A DNA stretch of 64,000 nucleotides, taken from Octopus sinensis. Taxonomy: Eukaryota. The notes beneath the pieces are model-generated. The model had not been told where the DNA came from, ran no database searches, and was given only the letters and a program-made list of their open reading frames with translations. Shown here piece by piece: positions 63,336-64,000 of this stretch (positions are counted from its first letter, which is position 1; each line of letters begins with the position of its first letter). The DNA lies in contig NC_043010.1 in assembly GCF_006345805.1 (NCBI RefSeq), positions 24,738,001 to 24,802,000 on the forward strand, read 5' to 3'. Made by a program: the position numbers and the translations under genes.

Positions 63336-64000
63336 CAAATGGAGAAAAGGTTGGCTGTTCAAAAGTCCCTGCAATCAAGATTTCAGATAGACCGGACAAA
63401 ACTAATCTAATCAACGTAACGGTGACGGTGCCAAGAAGGGATTCTGCAGCCATGGAATGCTATGCCAATGAAGCCTTTGTAAACATTAGTGGTGTTGGCG
63501 ACTTCTGTGATAGTCACTGTCGACTTGGAAAATGTCCTCGTAAATGGTGTGTATGTAACAGAACAGAAGACAAGGGACAAGATTTCAAATGTGTGGTCAA
63601 TAAGTATTATGAGAATATCGATGATCTCTTGACCTGGTGCTATGCACTTTGCGCTACAACACAGTATTGTCCGACACAGTATTGCATTTGCAGTGGCACA
63701 CCACGTGAAATAGCAAATACAGATTTCATGGGACCTGAAGAATTAAAAGAAATTACTTGCAGATTGACTAAGGGTTACGAAGGGATTCCAGGATTGTTAA
63801 AATGGTGCTATCGTTTGTGCAAAGGGCGATATTGTCCACGGACACATTGTATATGCAGTGTCGTTTCAGATACAACACCGGTACCAAAGCCCATACTAAG
63901 ATGTTCAGTGACGAATCGTTACAAACGGCTCCCAGGTGTTTTGAGTTGGTGCTATGTAATATGTGAAAGAGGATACTGCCCAAAATCTTTTTGCATTTGC
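63336..64000 (+). CDS. Gene B coding exon 3 (runs off the window): end of LPMO-like domain and at least four six-Cys modules
   Basis: Acceptor ccaatgtag|CA (phase 1), then 221 open codons to the window end with no stop. Modules include [18 protein letters not shown] and [18 protein letters not shown]. It is absent from the ORF track, probably because no stop lies inside the window. Confidence 0.92.

Overview
AT-rich, microsatellite- and transposon-dense animal genomic DNA. The SINE and LINE content looks like an octopus (coleoid cephalopod) genome; this is an inference from repeat families. Almost all entries in the ORF track are microsatellite or transposon artefacts. The host content is two previously hidden, tandem, same-strand (+) paralogous three-exon genes. 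Gene A has coding exons 3277-3396, 10171-10459 and 15613-16265. Gene B has coding exons 48643-48762, 49583-49871 and 63336->64000, running off the window. The first two exons are the same length in both genes (120 and 289 nt), with intron phases 0 and 1. Each encodes a signal peptide, a six-cysteine domain resembling the C-terminal two-thirds of AA15 lytic polysaccharide monooxygenases but lacking both copper-binding histidines, and 3 or at least 4 copies of a 33-aa six-Cys module. The repeat landscape includes several minimal type I hammerhead ribozyme motifs tied to Penelope-like and retrozyme-like elements, and a pile-up of (TAA)n-associated R4/Dong-type LINE fragments in gene B intron 2. 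It also holds a near-full-length mariner, a deleted Tc1/mariner, Helitron and L1/Tx1 remnants, four tRNA-derived SINE families, and several inverted duplications and palindromes. All calls were made by eye, without database searches.
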